Positions 36,638-46,044 of a stretch of DNA of 59,307 nt are shown here, piece by piece (positions within the stretch are counted from its first letter, which is position 1; each line of letters starts with the position of its first letter). The stretch is from a virus (lineage: Duplodnaviria > Caudoviricetes). Under the pieces are notes generated by a model. It did no database searches. It worked only from the letters and a program-made list of their open reading frames with translations, and had not been told where the DNA came from. The stretch covers positions 1-59,307 of IMG/VR virus record IMGVR_UViG_3300017766_003746; one strand, written 5' to 3'. A program made the translations under genes and the position numbers.

Positions 36638-39321
36638 GCAAGAACACGTGGATCAGCGTCGGGGTGGGCATTGTGGCCGCAGCCGTGGGTTTCTTCACCT
36701 TCGGCACGGGCTACGCCGCGCTCTTTGCCTTCAGCCTTGGAGCCACCGCCACTTCGCTGGTGCTTGGCCCGAGCGAACAAAAGGGCAATGGCGCACTGCG
36801 GCCCGATGAATTCCAGATGAACCAAAGCGCCGAAGACATCACGGTGCCGGTGATTTTCGGCACCAGCCGGGTGGCGGCCAACTTCATTTTCGTGGACTTC
36901 GACAACTTCGAAAGCGAAGCCATCTATCAGGAAGCGCAAGGCGGCAAGGGTGGGGGCGGCAGTGAAAAGCAGCAAGTGGGCTACACCTACACCGTGCCTC
37001 TTTCCTATGGCCTTTGCATGGGTGAAATCGACCGGCTGCGGCGCGTGATTTCAAGCCCGGGGCTGGACGTGTGGAAGAAATTTCCCGACGAAGGGCTGGC
37101 CTTCACCAGCGGGCCGGAAACATTCGATTGCGAGTTTGTGAAGGAAGATGGCGACATCACCTACAAGGAAGGCGGCACGTGCACCTTTTACCCGGGAGGT
37201 GCCAATCAGGGCAGCAACCTGACCACCGAAGACGACAACCACCGGCATTTTTGCTGGGTGGACTTTCCGGTCTACACCATGACCGGGAGCGCCGCGCCCC
37301 GCAGCCTGCTTTTCGAAATCACCCGCATGCCGCAGGTGCTTGACGACGACGGCGACCCCATCGCCAGCTTTCCGGTGCGAGCCGCGGAAGACGACACGGT
37401 GGCCGAATGGCTGGACGCCAACCCCGCGGCCGTTGCGTGGGAAGTGCTGCAAAACCCGATTTGGGGCAAGGGGGCAAGCGTGGCCGACCTGGACGTCGAA
37501 AGCTTCCGCACGGCCGCCAACTACTACCAGCGCAAGCGGATCGGGATCAGCACCGCGATGGGCCGCACCAGCCTGAACGAATTCATGGGCAGGCTGCGCG
37601 ACATCTTCGGCCTTTGGGTCTGGTGGGACGGCAGCAAGATGCGGTGCCGCTGCATTCACGACCGCGACAACGCCTACGCCATCCGCACCCGGATCACGGC
37701 CGAAGACGTGGTGGGCAGCCCTTCCTTCAACCGCCCGAGCTTGTCGGGCACCTACAACGAACTCCGGCTGGAATTCACCAACCGGGAAAGCAACTGGCAG
37801 CGGGAAGTTGCCACGGCCATGGACTTGGCCCACGTGGAAACCATCGAAGGGGTGCGCACGCAATCGATTGACGCCGCCGAAATTGGCACCCGCCGGGCGG
37901 CCGAGCTGCTGGCCCATGCGATGCTTCGGCAAATCGCTTACCCCGGCGCGGCGTGCACGCTGCGGCTGCGGCGCACCTACAGCGGACTTCAGCCGGGCAG
38001 CTTCGTGGAACTGGTGTGGGACGAATGGCGGGAAAGCGGCGCGGCGACGACCTACTGGCGCGTCGTTTCAGTGGTTGACGACGATCAGGGCACCGAAGGC
38101 CTGACCGTGAACCTTGCCGAAGACATTTACGCCACGGCCCGCGACGGCGAAGTGGGAGGCTTCGACGAACCCATCCCGACGATTGACGAAGACGACCCGC
38201 TGGAAACCGACGACCTCAACGACGGCGACCTTTTCGGCGACCGCAGCGTGGGCAGCCTTTCCCCAGTGTTCCTTTGGGAGCCCAACTCATGGGCCAGCCA
38301 GCTTTCGCGCCGCATTCTCGTGGCCCCCACCCGCGAAAAACGCTACGTGCAAAGCGTTTCGCTGGCGTGGCGAAAATACGGCGACAGCCAGACCACCAGC
38401 CTCGGCACTTCGAAGGTGCTGCCGATCAACGGCAAGCTTGCATCGGCAATTTCGGCCAACGGGCCGCTGATGAACCGCGGGGCCGCTTACGAATTCCAAG
38501 TGGAGCTTTACCACGCGGATCAGGCCGCCCGCTTCGAAGGTGCCACGGGCCTGGTGCAAGACGACGCCGACGACTTCGCGGAGCTGCTGCGCAAGCTTCA
38601 GGCGGTGGCCTTGATTGATGGCGAAATTTTCCGCATTGGATGGGCCGAAGAAACCTCGCCGGGAATCCTGACGGTGCGCACCTACATGCGCGGGGAGCTT
38701 GGAAGCAGCAGGGCCGCCCACGCGCTGAATGCACCGGTGCTTTTCTTCGCCACGTTTTCGCCTTCGGTGTTCACCGATGCGACGGGGATCCCGACCACGC
38801 AAAAGGTGGTGGTGACCTTGAAGGCCAACAGCACGGTTTCGCTGATTTCAGGCGAGGAAGTGACCACCATCGAAGCCCCCGAAGACGGGCTGGGGATCAA
38901 ATTCGACGGCACCAGCGTGAAGCCATTCGCGCCCGAGCTGGTAAGCGCCACCCGGGTGGGCACCACGTGGACGGTGCGGATCCGCCCACGGGTGAACAAC
39001 GGCGCGGGATTCCGTGCCAACATCGAAGACGACCTGACCAACTACGTCACCAGCCTTTCGGGATTGGATTTGAAGGCACAGAAAAGCAGCGGCGGGGCAG
39101 CCGTGACGGTGCCCGCTGGCACTTCCTTCAACAGCCCGCCCTTCGACATGCCCACCGGCATTTCGGTCGACAAGCTGGACTGGCAGGCCGACGACGGCAG
39201 CGCGGCCGGCGGCATCATCAAGCTGGTGGTGACCTTTGACAGCAACCCCGCCAGCCTGAAAATTTGGGGCGTGCGAAATGGCTTCCAAAGCCCTACAAGC
39301 CTCGACATCCCGCAACCGTAA
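36634..39321 (+). CDS. Tail tip / central fibre protein (GTA-like)
   Basis: VPVIFGT.RV..GGKGGGG..DANPA..YNELRLEF..RGELGS. Confidence 0.85.
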   Translation: MSKNTWISVGVGIVAAAVGFFTFGTGYAALFAFSLGATATSLVLGPSEQKGNGALRPDEFQMNQSAEDITVPVIFGTSRVAANFIFVDFDNFESEAIYQEAQGGKGGGGSEKQQVGYTYTVPLSYGLCMGEIDRLRRVISSPGLDVWKKFPDEGLAFTSGPETFDCEFVKEDGDITYKEGGTCTFYPGGANQGSNLTTEDDNHRHFCWVDFPVYTMTGSAAPRSLLFEITRMPQVLDDDGDPIASFPVRAAEDDTVAEWLDANPAAVAWEVLQNPIWGKGASVADLDVESFRTAANYYQRKRIGISTAMGRTSLNEFMGRLRDIFGLWVWWDGSKMRCRCIHDRDNAYAIRTRITAEDVVGSPSFNRPSLSGTYNELRLEFTNRESNWQREVATAMDLAHVETIEGVRTQSIDAAEIGTRRAAELLAHAMLRQIAYPGAACTLRLRRTYSGLQPGSFVELVWDEWRESGAATTYWRVVSVVDDDQGTEGLTVNLAEDIYATARDGEVGGFDEPIPTIDEDDPLETDDLNDGDLFGDRSVGSLSPVFLWEPNSWASQLSRRILVAPTREKRYVQSVSLAWRKYGDSQTTSLGTSKVLPINGKLASAISANGPLMNRGAAYEFQVELYHADQAARFEGATGLVQDDADDFAELLRKLQAVALIDGEIFRIGWAEETSPGILTVRTYMRGELGSSRAAHALNAPVLFFATFSPSVFTDATGIPTTQKVVVTLKANSTVSLISGEEVTTIEAPEDGLGIKFDGTSVKPFAPELVSATRVGTTWTVRIRPRVNNGAGFRANIEDDLTNYVTSLSGLDLKAQKSSGGAAVTVPAGTSFNSPPFDMPTGISVDKLDWQADDGSAAGGIIKLVVTFDSNPASLKIWGVRNGFQSPTSLDIPQP

Positions 39322-39333
39322 ACCACCACCACC

Positions 39334-39813
39334 ATGGCACTGCTTCCAACCACTGGACTCGAAAACCACCCCGTCGGCACCACCGGCCTGAACGGCATCA
39401 TCAACGGCAACTGGGAAACGCTGGAAGCCATTTTCCTGCCGTTGGCAAGTGCCACCACCGCGGGGCGTGTTTCGTGGAACCCGAGCACCAAGAAATTCAG
39501 CCTGCGGGCTGCGCTGGCGGCCATCACCTACAGCGGCACTCCGGTGTTGAACATGGGCGGGGCCGTAACCCAAACGCTGGCGCTGACCGGCAACGCGACT
39601 TTCACCACCACCGGCCTGATTGCGGGCGGCGACCTCCGCGTGGTGATCGCGGCCGACGCGAGCCTGCGCACGCTGGCGTGGCCAGGCGGTTGGAAGTGGA
39701 TCGGCGGCACAGCCCCGGCGAACATTGCCGCGAACAAAACCGGCATCCTCGAGCTGATTTCCACCAGCGACGCCGACAGCGGGGTGATTGCGAAGTGGAC
39801 CGTTGAACCATGA
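39334..39813 (+). CDS. Tail fibre-like small protein
   Basis: NGNWETL..LTGNATF..RTLAWP..WIGGTAP. Confidence 0.6.
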   Translation: MALLPTTGLENHPVGTTGLNGIINGNWETLEAIFLPLASATTAGRVSWNPSTKKFSLRAALAAITYSGTPVLNMGGAVTQTLALTGNATFTTTGLIAGGDLRVVIAADASLRTLAWPGGWKWIGGTAPANIAANKTGILELISTSDADSGVIAKWTVEP

Positions 39814-40715
39814 TCGAGCAACTACACGCCACGAAGCTGCGGCTGGCCCGTGAAACGGCCACCGGCAGCGGCAGCCCGTCGGGGGATTGGATCAGCCCGC
39901 CGACGACCGCCGCGGCGTGCACCCGCGATTTCGTGCAAACCGCGCAACGGCAAGACGCATTCCGGCAGCTACGCGACCGCCAAGTGGTGGCCGAAAGCTG
40001 GACGGTGCGAAGCAGCCACGAAATCGGGCTTGGCTGGCTGCAATGGCTGCTGCTTCCCCACCTGACCGACCGGGGCGCGGGAGTTTACACGCTGGACCCC
40101 GAAGCCGAAGGCCCCACCTTCGTGCTGGACACCGAAACCCAGCAAGGGCACCGCGCCCGCTTCCAAGGCCTGAAGCTGATCGAAATCCAACTGATTTTCG
40201 AAGAGGCCCGGGTGATTCGCATGGATTGCCAATGGGTGGGATTGCGGCGCGTGGTGCCAGGCACGGCGCTGCCCGGTGCGGCCACGGAATTCAGCGGCGG
40301 GGTGATTGCCACCTTCACGGCCGACGCCGCGGCAACCACCGGCGCGTGGGATGCCAGCCCGAGGGACACCCAGCGGGTGACCGGCCACGGTGCGCAAGTT
40401 TTCCTGCAGCGCGACATTGCCGCCGCCGACTACGGGCCCGACGGGATCCCCGAGGCACACACCCGGGGCGCGTGGCGGATTGTGGGTGAACTTTACATGC
40501 CCGAGACACCGGGGATCACCGACACCGCGTTTTCCGACGACTGGGCGGGCAAACTCGCATTCTGGTTTGGCGCTGGCACCCCGCACCTGCGGATGAACAA
40601 CGCCCACGGCTTCGTGACCGACGACGACCTGAAGGGCTACGACTTCCGGGTGCGCCGCCTCGTTTTCGAGGGGAAAAGCGACGAAAGGCGGGCGCTGATG
40701 GAATTCAGGGCGTGA
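39810..40715 (+). CDS. Second tail-tube-like protein (divergent paralogue)
   Basis: Colinear motif similarity to 26778-27959, judged by eye. Confidence 0.5.
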   Translation: MIEQLHATKLRLARETATGSGSPSGDWISPPTTAAACTRDFVQTAQRQDAFRQLRDRQVVAESWTVRSSHEIGLGWLQWLLLPHLTDRGAGVYTLDPEAEGPTFVLDTETQQGHRARFQGLKLIEIQLIFEEARVIRMDCQWVGLRRVVPGTALPGAATEFSGGVIATFTADAAATTGAWDASPRDTQRVTGHGAQVFLQRDIAAADYGPDGIPEAHTRGAWRIVGELYMPETPGITDTAFSDDWAGKLAFWFGAGTPHLRMNNAHGFVTDDDLKGYDFRVRRLVFEGKSDERRALMEFRA

Positions 40716-40745
40716 CACGTTGTCGGCGGCCATTTAGATGCGGGC

Positions 40746-41405
40746 ATGCGCAATCTCCTGACCGCCCTGCTGGCCGTGCTGCTGGCTTCATGCGCCAACA
40801 CCCCGAAGACCGGCCCGGCGCTGCCACGGCCGCCGCAGGCCGCCCCAGTGGCCCCGCTGGTGGACCGGGCACAAAGCGACAGCGCCGCCGCCCGGGAAAC
40901 CGCCGCGAAGCTGGAAACCAAGGTCGACGACTTGCACCGCGACACCGCGACCTTGAAAACGGGGATCGCAGCGGCAACCGCTGAAGCCGACCGGCTGCGC
41001 AAGCAGAAAGCCGCGACCGAAGCAGAGCTGGACGGCCTTTGGCGGATGCTGACAAACGAGCAAGAGCGGGCCGCCGCGCTTTTCCGCGAAGTGGAAGCCA
41101 GCAAGGCCCTTGCCGACCAGCACAGGCAACAACGACTGATTGCCGAAAAGCGCCTCGAGGAACTGGCAAAAGCCGCGACCGCCGCCGACGCCGAAGTGGC
41201 GACCCTGCGGCAGCAGCACGACGCCATGACGGGGCAGATCGAAGCCGCCAGGCGAACCGAAGCCGACCTTTCCGCGAAGCTTGCCAAGGCCGAGAAAGGC
41301 GCGGCCGTGGCGGCATTCATCAAGGGCACCGTGGCGCTGGTGGCCATTGGCTTCCTGCTGCTGAAACTTCTCCCCCTGCTGGCCGCCAGACTGCGGCCAT
41401 TCTGA
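40746..41405 (+). CDS. Spanin-like lipoprotein with unimolecular topology
   Basis: Lipobox LLASC, coiled coil, C-terminal TM helix; adjacent to holin and endolysin. Confidence 0.7.
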   Translation: MRNLLTALLAVLLASCANTPKTGPALPRPPQAAPVAPLVDRAQSDSAAARETAAKLETKVDDLHRDTATLKTGIAAATAEADRLRKQKAATEAELDGLWRMLTNEQERAAALFREVEASKALADQHRQQRLIAEKRLEELAKAATAADAEVATLRQQHDAMTGQIEAARRTEADLSAKLAKAEKGAAVAAFIKGTVALVAIGFLLLKLLPLLAARLRPF

Positions 41406-41432
41406 CCAACCCCAACACCCCAAACCGACGAC

Positions 41433-41801
41433 ATGAACAACTCGTTTCTGAAAACCCTCGCCACCAACTGGCGCGACCTGCTGGCCTTCGTGCTGATTGG
41501 CATCGGCATTGCCATGATTGGCGGCGTGATCGATTTCGCGGCCGGCCGCTATGCCGACAACGGATTTGCCCGCCTGATCCTTCCCCCGCTTGCCAACTAC
41601 CTGCAAGGGTTTTCCCGCTTCATGGGGGCGAGCATCACCGCCACGTTTTTGTGGATGCTGCTTTGGCCGACTGTGAACCGCTACGGCAACCACAATTTCG
41701 CCGACGGGTGGAACGCGCTTTCCCCGGCCGCCCGGTTCTTCACCTACGTGGGCTTGATCGGCGTCGCGCTGATTGCCGCCGCCATTTGCTTTGCCGCATG
41801 A
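41433..41801 (+). CDS. Holin (three predicted TM helices)
   Basis: Hydrophobic segments; ATGA overlap with the endolysin. Confidence 0.65.
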   Translation: MNNSFLKTLATNWRDLLAFVLIGIGIAMIGGVIDFAAGRYADNGFARLILPPLANYLQGFSRFMGASITATFLWMLLWPTVNRYGNHNFADGWNALSPAARFFTYVGLIGVALIAAAICFAA

Positions 41802-42472
41802 AGACCCTGCTTGCGTTTTTCGCCGCGCTTTGGAGCGGGCAGGCCAACACCCTGCCCGCCGGTGACATGCGCATCAGCCCCGAAAGCCGGGAGCTGATTC
41901 TCTACTACGAAACCGGCGGGCAAGGCTATTACCAAGCCAAGCTTCAGCGGCCGACGGTGCCACCTGGTGCCAGCGGGATCACCATCGGCATCGGCTACGA
42001 CTTGGGCTACAACACCCCGAGCCAGATCCGCGCCGACTGGGGCGGCGTGCTGCCAGCGCCGCAGGTGGATCGATTGGCGGGCGTGGCGGGCCGCACCGGT
42101 GCAAATGCCCGTGCTGCGCTTTCCCGCGTTCGTGATATTGTGATCCCATGGGAAGCCGCCGTGAAAGTTTACGAAGGCAAGACGGTGCCGAGATTCGCGG
42201 CACTGACCGTGAAGGCCTACCCGGGGATCCTCGCGACGCCACCGGACATTCAAGGGGTGATGCTTTCCACCAGTTTCAACCGTGGAACGGCTTTCAGCCC
42301 TTACGAGCGCCGCAAGGAACTGGTGTGGACCCGCGACGACATCCGGGCCGCCAGGCTGGCGAAGCTGCCCGACTACCAACTCTCCATGCGCCGCTTGTGG
42401 CCGACCATTCGGGGCCTGCAAAAACGCTACGCTGCGCATGCGGGACTCATGCAAAAAGCACTGGACCAATGA
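41798..42472 (+). CDS. Endolysin (lysozyme/pesticin-like) with N-terminal signal-like peptide
   Basis: YYE.GG..SGITIGIGYDLG..S.SFNRG; MKTLLAFFAALWSGQA. Confidence 0.8.
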   Translation: MKTLLAFFAALWSGQANTLPAGDMRISPESRELILYYETGGQGYYQAKLQRPTVPPGASGITIGIGYDLGYNTPSQIRADWGGVLPAPQVDRLAGVAGRTGANARAALSRVRDIVIPWEAAVKVYEGKTVPRFAALTVKAYPGILATPPDIQGVMLSTSFNRGTAFSPYERRKELVWTRDDIRAARLAKLPDYQLSMRRLWPTIRGLQKRYAAHAGLMQKALDQ

Positions 42473-42867
42473 CCTTGCCCGCCAAAAACACCACCAGCAC
42501 CAGCAACGCCGCCCGATTCGCCAGCTTGGAAGCCCAAGTGGGCGCGATTTCCACCACGTTGGAAGACTTCGTGACGGAATCGAAGGAATACCGGCTGCGG
42601 GCCGAGCGCAACGAAAGCCAGATTTGGGCAGCCATCAAAGAGCAGGGCGACAACCTGAACCGGGCCGTCGAGCGATTGAGCAACAACGGGCGGATTTCGT
42701 GGGGAATGATTGTTTCCACGGGCGGCTTCATTCTGGCGCTGGTGGGTGCTGGTGCCGCGGTGAACCACGCGATGAACGAAGCACGCATCAAGCAGGTGGA
42801 AATCCGGCAAGAATTCATGGCGAAGGAACTCGACCGCCACTACGAAGACTTGCGGGCGAGGAAGTGA
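42469..42867 (+). CDS. Membrane protein (coiled coil plus one TM helix), lysis-associated
   Basis: ATGA overlap; WGMIVSTGGFILALVGAGAAV. Confidence 0.65.
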   Translation: MTLPAKNTTSTSNAARFASLEAQVGAISTTLEDFVTESKEYRLRAERNESQIWAAIKEQGDNLNRAVERLSNNGRISWGMIVSTGGFILALVGAGAAVNHAMNEARIKQVEIRQEFMAKELDRHYEDLRARK

Positions 42868-42871
42868 CCGA

Positions 42872-42887
42872 TGCGAAAATTTTCGCA
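42872..42887. repeat. Palindrome A copy 11
   Basis: TGCGAAAATTTTCGCA. Confidence 0.95.
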
Positions 42888-42954
42888 TGGCGTGGAAAAG
42901 TGCCGAAAAAGGCGCAAATGAGTCTTGACGGGTGGCGGGGTTTCGGGCCAGATT
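42872..42954 (+). promoter_or_regulatory. Composite promoter of the replication block: A, 12 bp, motif B (42900-42915), then TTGACG (42925-42930)
   Basis: Same module as at 6396 and 55079. Confidence 0.65.
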
Positions 42955-42963
42955 CGGCCCGCT

Positions 42964-43686
42964 ATGACACCACAACCGATTGACCAGATTCTGGCACTGC
43001 CCGACAAGGCGGTGGTTTACTGCTTCGAAGGCCAAGTCACCAAGGCATTCAAGCGAAGCGACGGCACCAACGCGCAAGGGCCATGGAGCATTGAAAGCTT
43101 CCTCCTGAAAGACGCCACGGGGGCCGAAATCAAGCTGATGCTGAAAGACAGCGACCCCGCGGGCTGGCAGCCCGGCACCGCGGTGCGCCTCGAGGCATGG
43201 AAGGGCGACAAGGGGTTTTCCGGCCTTTACGCCGCCGACGACGAATACAAGGGCGAAGTGCGCCGGATCCTGCGGGCCACGAAGACGTGCACCATCACGT
43301 TGCTGAATGGCGGCCAACAGCACGCGCCACAGCAGGCCGCACCCCAGCAGCAGGCCCAAGCGCCGCAGCAACGGCCACAAGGCCAGCAGCAGCCGCCACA
43401 GCAGCAGCAACCGCCACGCCAGCAAACCACCGCGCCGGCCGCGACCGATGAAGATCGGGAAGCCCGCAAGGCGCTGAACGATGCCAAGCGCACGATTCTG
43501 CAAATCACCAACTTGCACCTGCTTTGCGCCAAGGTGGTGGAAACCGTCGAGGCCCCGGCCTTCAAGAAAGCCACCGGGCACGACATGACCGAAGGCCAGC
43601 GCCAAGGTGCCACCGCCAGCGTGTTCATCGAATCGTGCAAAAAGGGGCTGGTGCACGCCATGCCAACCACCCCGCTGGAAGCCTGA
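42964..43686 (+). CDS. OB-fold ssDNA-binding-like protein with Gln-rich linker
   Basis: EGQVTKAF..W..FLLKDATG.EIKL resembles RPA-type OB folds. Confidence 0.55.
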   Translation: MTPQPIDQILALPDKAVVYCFEGQVTKAFKRSDGTNAQGPWSIESFLLKDATGAEIKLMLKDSDPAGWQPGTAVRLEAWKGDKGFSGLYAADDEYKGEVRRILRATKTCTITLLNGGQQHAPQQAAPQQQAQAPQQRPQGQQQPPQQQQPPRQQTTAPAATDEDREARKALNDAKRTILQITNLHLLCAKVVETVEAPAFKKATGHDMTEGQRQGATASVFIESCKKGLVHAMPTTPLEA

Positions 43687-43713
43687 ACCCCAACCCCAAA
43701 CTTTTCCCACATC

Positions 43714-45846
43714 ATGACGACCAACAACACCGCCGCACCGGCCGCCCGCATCAGCGTGGTGGATTTCACGAACATCAAAGGATGCACCGCCAGGCACGAA
43801 CTGCCCGAGCTGGTGGCCATCGTAGCGCCCAACGGCATGGGCAAAACCGCGATTTCCGACGCGCTGCAACTGGCCTTGACCGGGAGCCACGCCGACTTCG
43901 GCAAGCAGGGCAAGGCGCTGATGGCGCTGGCCAGTGGCCCGGCCATGGACGTGGCCGCCACGCTGACCGACGGCCGCAAGATCGCCCGAAGCTGGCGCAT
44001 GGATGCCAAGGGCAGCGTGAAGGCGACCGCAGACGAGCCCGAGGGCTGGCCATCGGCCGACGTTTCCATGACGTTCAACCCGCGCACCTTCGTGGCGCTG
44101 AATGATCGCGAGCGGGTGGCCACGCTGCTGCGCTTGGCAGGCCAGACGACGCCGACCACGGCGAGCGTGGAAGCCCTGCGGGACATCCTCGAGGAAAAGG
44201 CCACGGGTGCCAAGCGCGTGACGCTTTCCGACTTGGATCCATTCGGCCCGAAGATGGCCGACGCCGGGACATTCGTCGAAGCCGCCGAAAGCGAGCTGGT
44301 GGAAGCCCGCAAAGCCCACAAGCGCGACATCACGCGGCTGGAAGCAGCCGTGAAAGGGTTGGAAGACGCCGCCCGGGGATCGACCGCACCCACAAAGGTC
44401 GAAGCCGCCGAAGTGGAAGCCATCGCCGCCGAAGTGCAAAAGCTGGCTTCAGAGCACGCCCGGCTTTCCGAGCGCCACAGGGCCGCCGCACGCCTTCGCC
44501 AGCGCGTGGCCGAGATTGGCACCGCCCCCGAGTGGACCGAAGACGACGACGCGGCACTGGTGCGCGTGACCGAAGACTTGCGGAAGCTGACCGAAGCAGA
44601 GCAGGCCGAGCAAGCCGACCGCATGGCGCTGCGCAACGTCCTCGCGCAAGGCCCCGAGCCCGAGGAAGTGGCCGAAGCCAACGAACGCCTCGCCACGGCA
44701 CTGCCCGACAAGCCGGAAATGGAACCCGCAGCGATTGCCGCGGGGATCCGCGAAGCCGAAGACGAACTGGCCACCGCCCGCGTGCGCATCACCGACTTGG
44801 AAGCCGAAGTGGCGAAGCTGAACGGCCAACTTGGCATGGAGTGCTGCCCGACCTGCGGCGCGGCCGGCGACGACCTCAAGGCCCGCTTGGCGGAAACGCT
44901 TCAGCCCTACCTTGAAACCGCGGTGATCCGCCTCGGCAACAACCGCCAGCGCGAAATCGACGCCACCAAGCGCATTGCCGAGCTGAAGACCATCGGCCAA
45001 GGCTGGCACGACTACGACGCCGCGGTGAAGGCCTGCGAGGAAGCCCGGGAGATTCTGGACCGCGACGAACGGGTGGAACGCGACGCCGCCGAAATTCGCG
45101 CCCGGATCGATGCCCGCGCCGCTGAATTCGTGGACCCGGCCACCAACAGCCGACCCAACCGGCAAGAGCTGGAAAGCCAGCACGCCGACCTTCAGCGCCG
45201 CAGCTCAAACGCCCGCGCCCTGAAAGAACTTGGCGACGTGCCAACCGCCGACGAAGTCGACGCGCTGATGCGGCTGGTGGGCGAAAACGAGCACGCCCGC
45301 GGTGCCAAGGAAGCGGAGCTGCGCACGCTGAAGGAAGGGCTTCGCGTGTGGCAGGAATTCGGGGCACAGGAAACCCACATCACGCGGATGCGCGAAGAGC
45401 TGGAAGACGCCAGGCGCAAACTGGAAACCACCGAAGAGCTGATCACCGCCACGCGGGCCGCCGGTGCCGACCTTGCCGCGGCGATTGCCGGGCCGATTGG
45501 CGAGGGCCTGCGATTCTTCACCGACGGGGTGCTGCCCGGTGCCGTGAAGGTTGACGCCGCGCTGGGGATCTTCCTCGAGACGGCAGAGCGTGGCTTGCGG
45601 CCATTCGATGCCTTCAGCGGATCCGAAAAAGCGGTGGTGGGTTTCGCCTTGGCGGCCACGCTGGCGGCGCACACGCCGCTGAAGATCGCGCTGCTTGACG
45701 AAGCCAGCACGATGGACCGCGCACGGAAAACCGCCTTCCTGCAACGGGTGGCCGAAGCCGTGGAAACCGGCCGCCTCGCGCAAGCCGTGGTGATCGACCA
45801 CGACGTGGCAGCCTACGCCGCACCATGGCAAACGATTTCCCTCTGA
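43714..45846 (+). CDS. Rad50/SbcC-like SMC-family ATPase
   Basis: APNGMGKT Walker A, coiled coil with CPTC zinc hook, FSGSEK signature, LLDE Walker B. Confidence 0.9.
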   Translation: MTTNNTAAPAARISVVDFTNIKGCTARHELPELVAIVAPNGMGKTAISDALQLALTGSHADFGKQGKALMALASGPAMDVAATLTDGRKIARSWRMDAKGSVKATADEPEGWPSADVSMTFNPRTFVALNDRERVATLLRLAGQTTPTTASVEALRDILEEKATGAKRVTLSDLDPFGPKMADAGTFVEAAESELVEARKAHKRDITRLEAAVKGLEDAARGSTAPTKVEAAEVEAIAAEVQKLASEHARLSERHRAAARLRQRVAEIGTAPEWTEDDDAALVRVTEDLRKLTEAEQAEQADRMALRNVLAQGPEPEEVAEANERLATALPDKPEMEPAAIAAGIREAEDELATARVRITDLEAEVAKLNGQLGMECCPTCGAAGDDLKARLAETLQPYLETAVIRLGNNRQREIDATKRIAELKTIGQGWHDYDAAVKACEEAREILDRDERVERDAAEIRARIDARAAEFVDPATNSRPNRQELESQHADLQRRSSNARALKELGDVPTADEVDALMRLVGENEHARGAKEAELRTLKEGLRVWQEFGAQETHITRMREELEDARRKLETTEELITATRAAGADLAAAIAGPIGEGLRFFTDGVLPGAVKVDAALGIFLETAERGLRPFDAFSGSEKAVVGFALAATLAAHTPLKIALLDEASTMDRARKTAFLQRVAEAVETGRLAQAVVIDHDVAAYAAPWQTISL

Positions 45847-45856
45847 TGGGGGGAAG

Positions 45857-45887
45857 GTCGCCCGGGAAACCGGGCGCGGATTGAAAC
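45857..45887 (+). CRISPR. Solitary type I-C-like CRISPR repeat, unit 1
   Basis: GTCGCCCGGGAAACCGGGCGCGGATTGAAAC: GTCGC start, 7-bp hairpin, GGATTGAAAC end. Confidence 0.8.
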
Positions 45888-45919
45888 AAACCCTCTGAAT
45901 GGAGGCCGGTGCATAGCAA

Positions 45920-45935
45920 TGCGAAAATTTTCGCA
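45920..45935. repeat. Palindrome A copy 12
   Basis: TGCGAAAATTTTCGCA. Confidence 0.95.
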
Positions 45936-45945
45936 TGCCCGTTTG

Positions 45946-45984
45946 GGGCGGGGATTCTTCGGGATTCCCGCCCTTTTTCTTTTT
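45946..45984 (+). terminator. Intrinsic terminator with UUCG loop
   Basis: GGGCGGGGATTC-TTCG-GGATTCCCGCCC followed by TTTTTCTTTTT. Confidence 0.85.
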
Positions 45985-46036
45985 GTGCCGGAAATGGCAC
46001 TTTTTCACTTGTCAAGGTAAGTGTTCCCCCTACGCT
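45985..46036 (+). promoter_or_regulatory. Motif B (45985-46000) plus promoter TTGTCA-N16-TACGCT
   Basis: GTGCCGGAAATGGCAC ends 8 bp before the -35. Confidence 0.65.
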
Positions 46037-46044
46037 TGGCCCCG

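Noticed and set aside
33593-39813. Diversity-generating retroelement or invertible tail-fibre system
   Set aside because: No reverse transcriptase, invertase or template/variable repeat pair seen
18593-40404. Near matches to palindrome A (about 18593, 26531, 33072, 35109, 38620 and 40391)
   Set aside because: Several mismatches or an indel each; not counted among the 15 copies
45934-45960. Possible degenerate second CRISPR repeat making a two-repeat mini-array
   Set aside because: Only weak similarity (GCCC..GGGCG.GGATT), spacing too long, and the sequence is explained by the terminator stem
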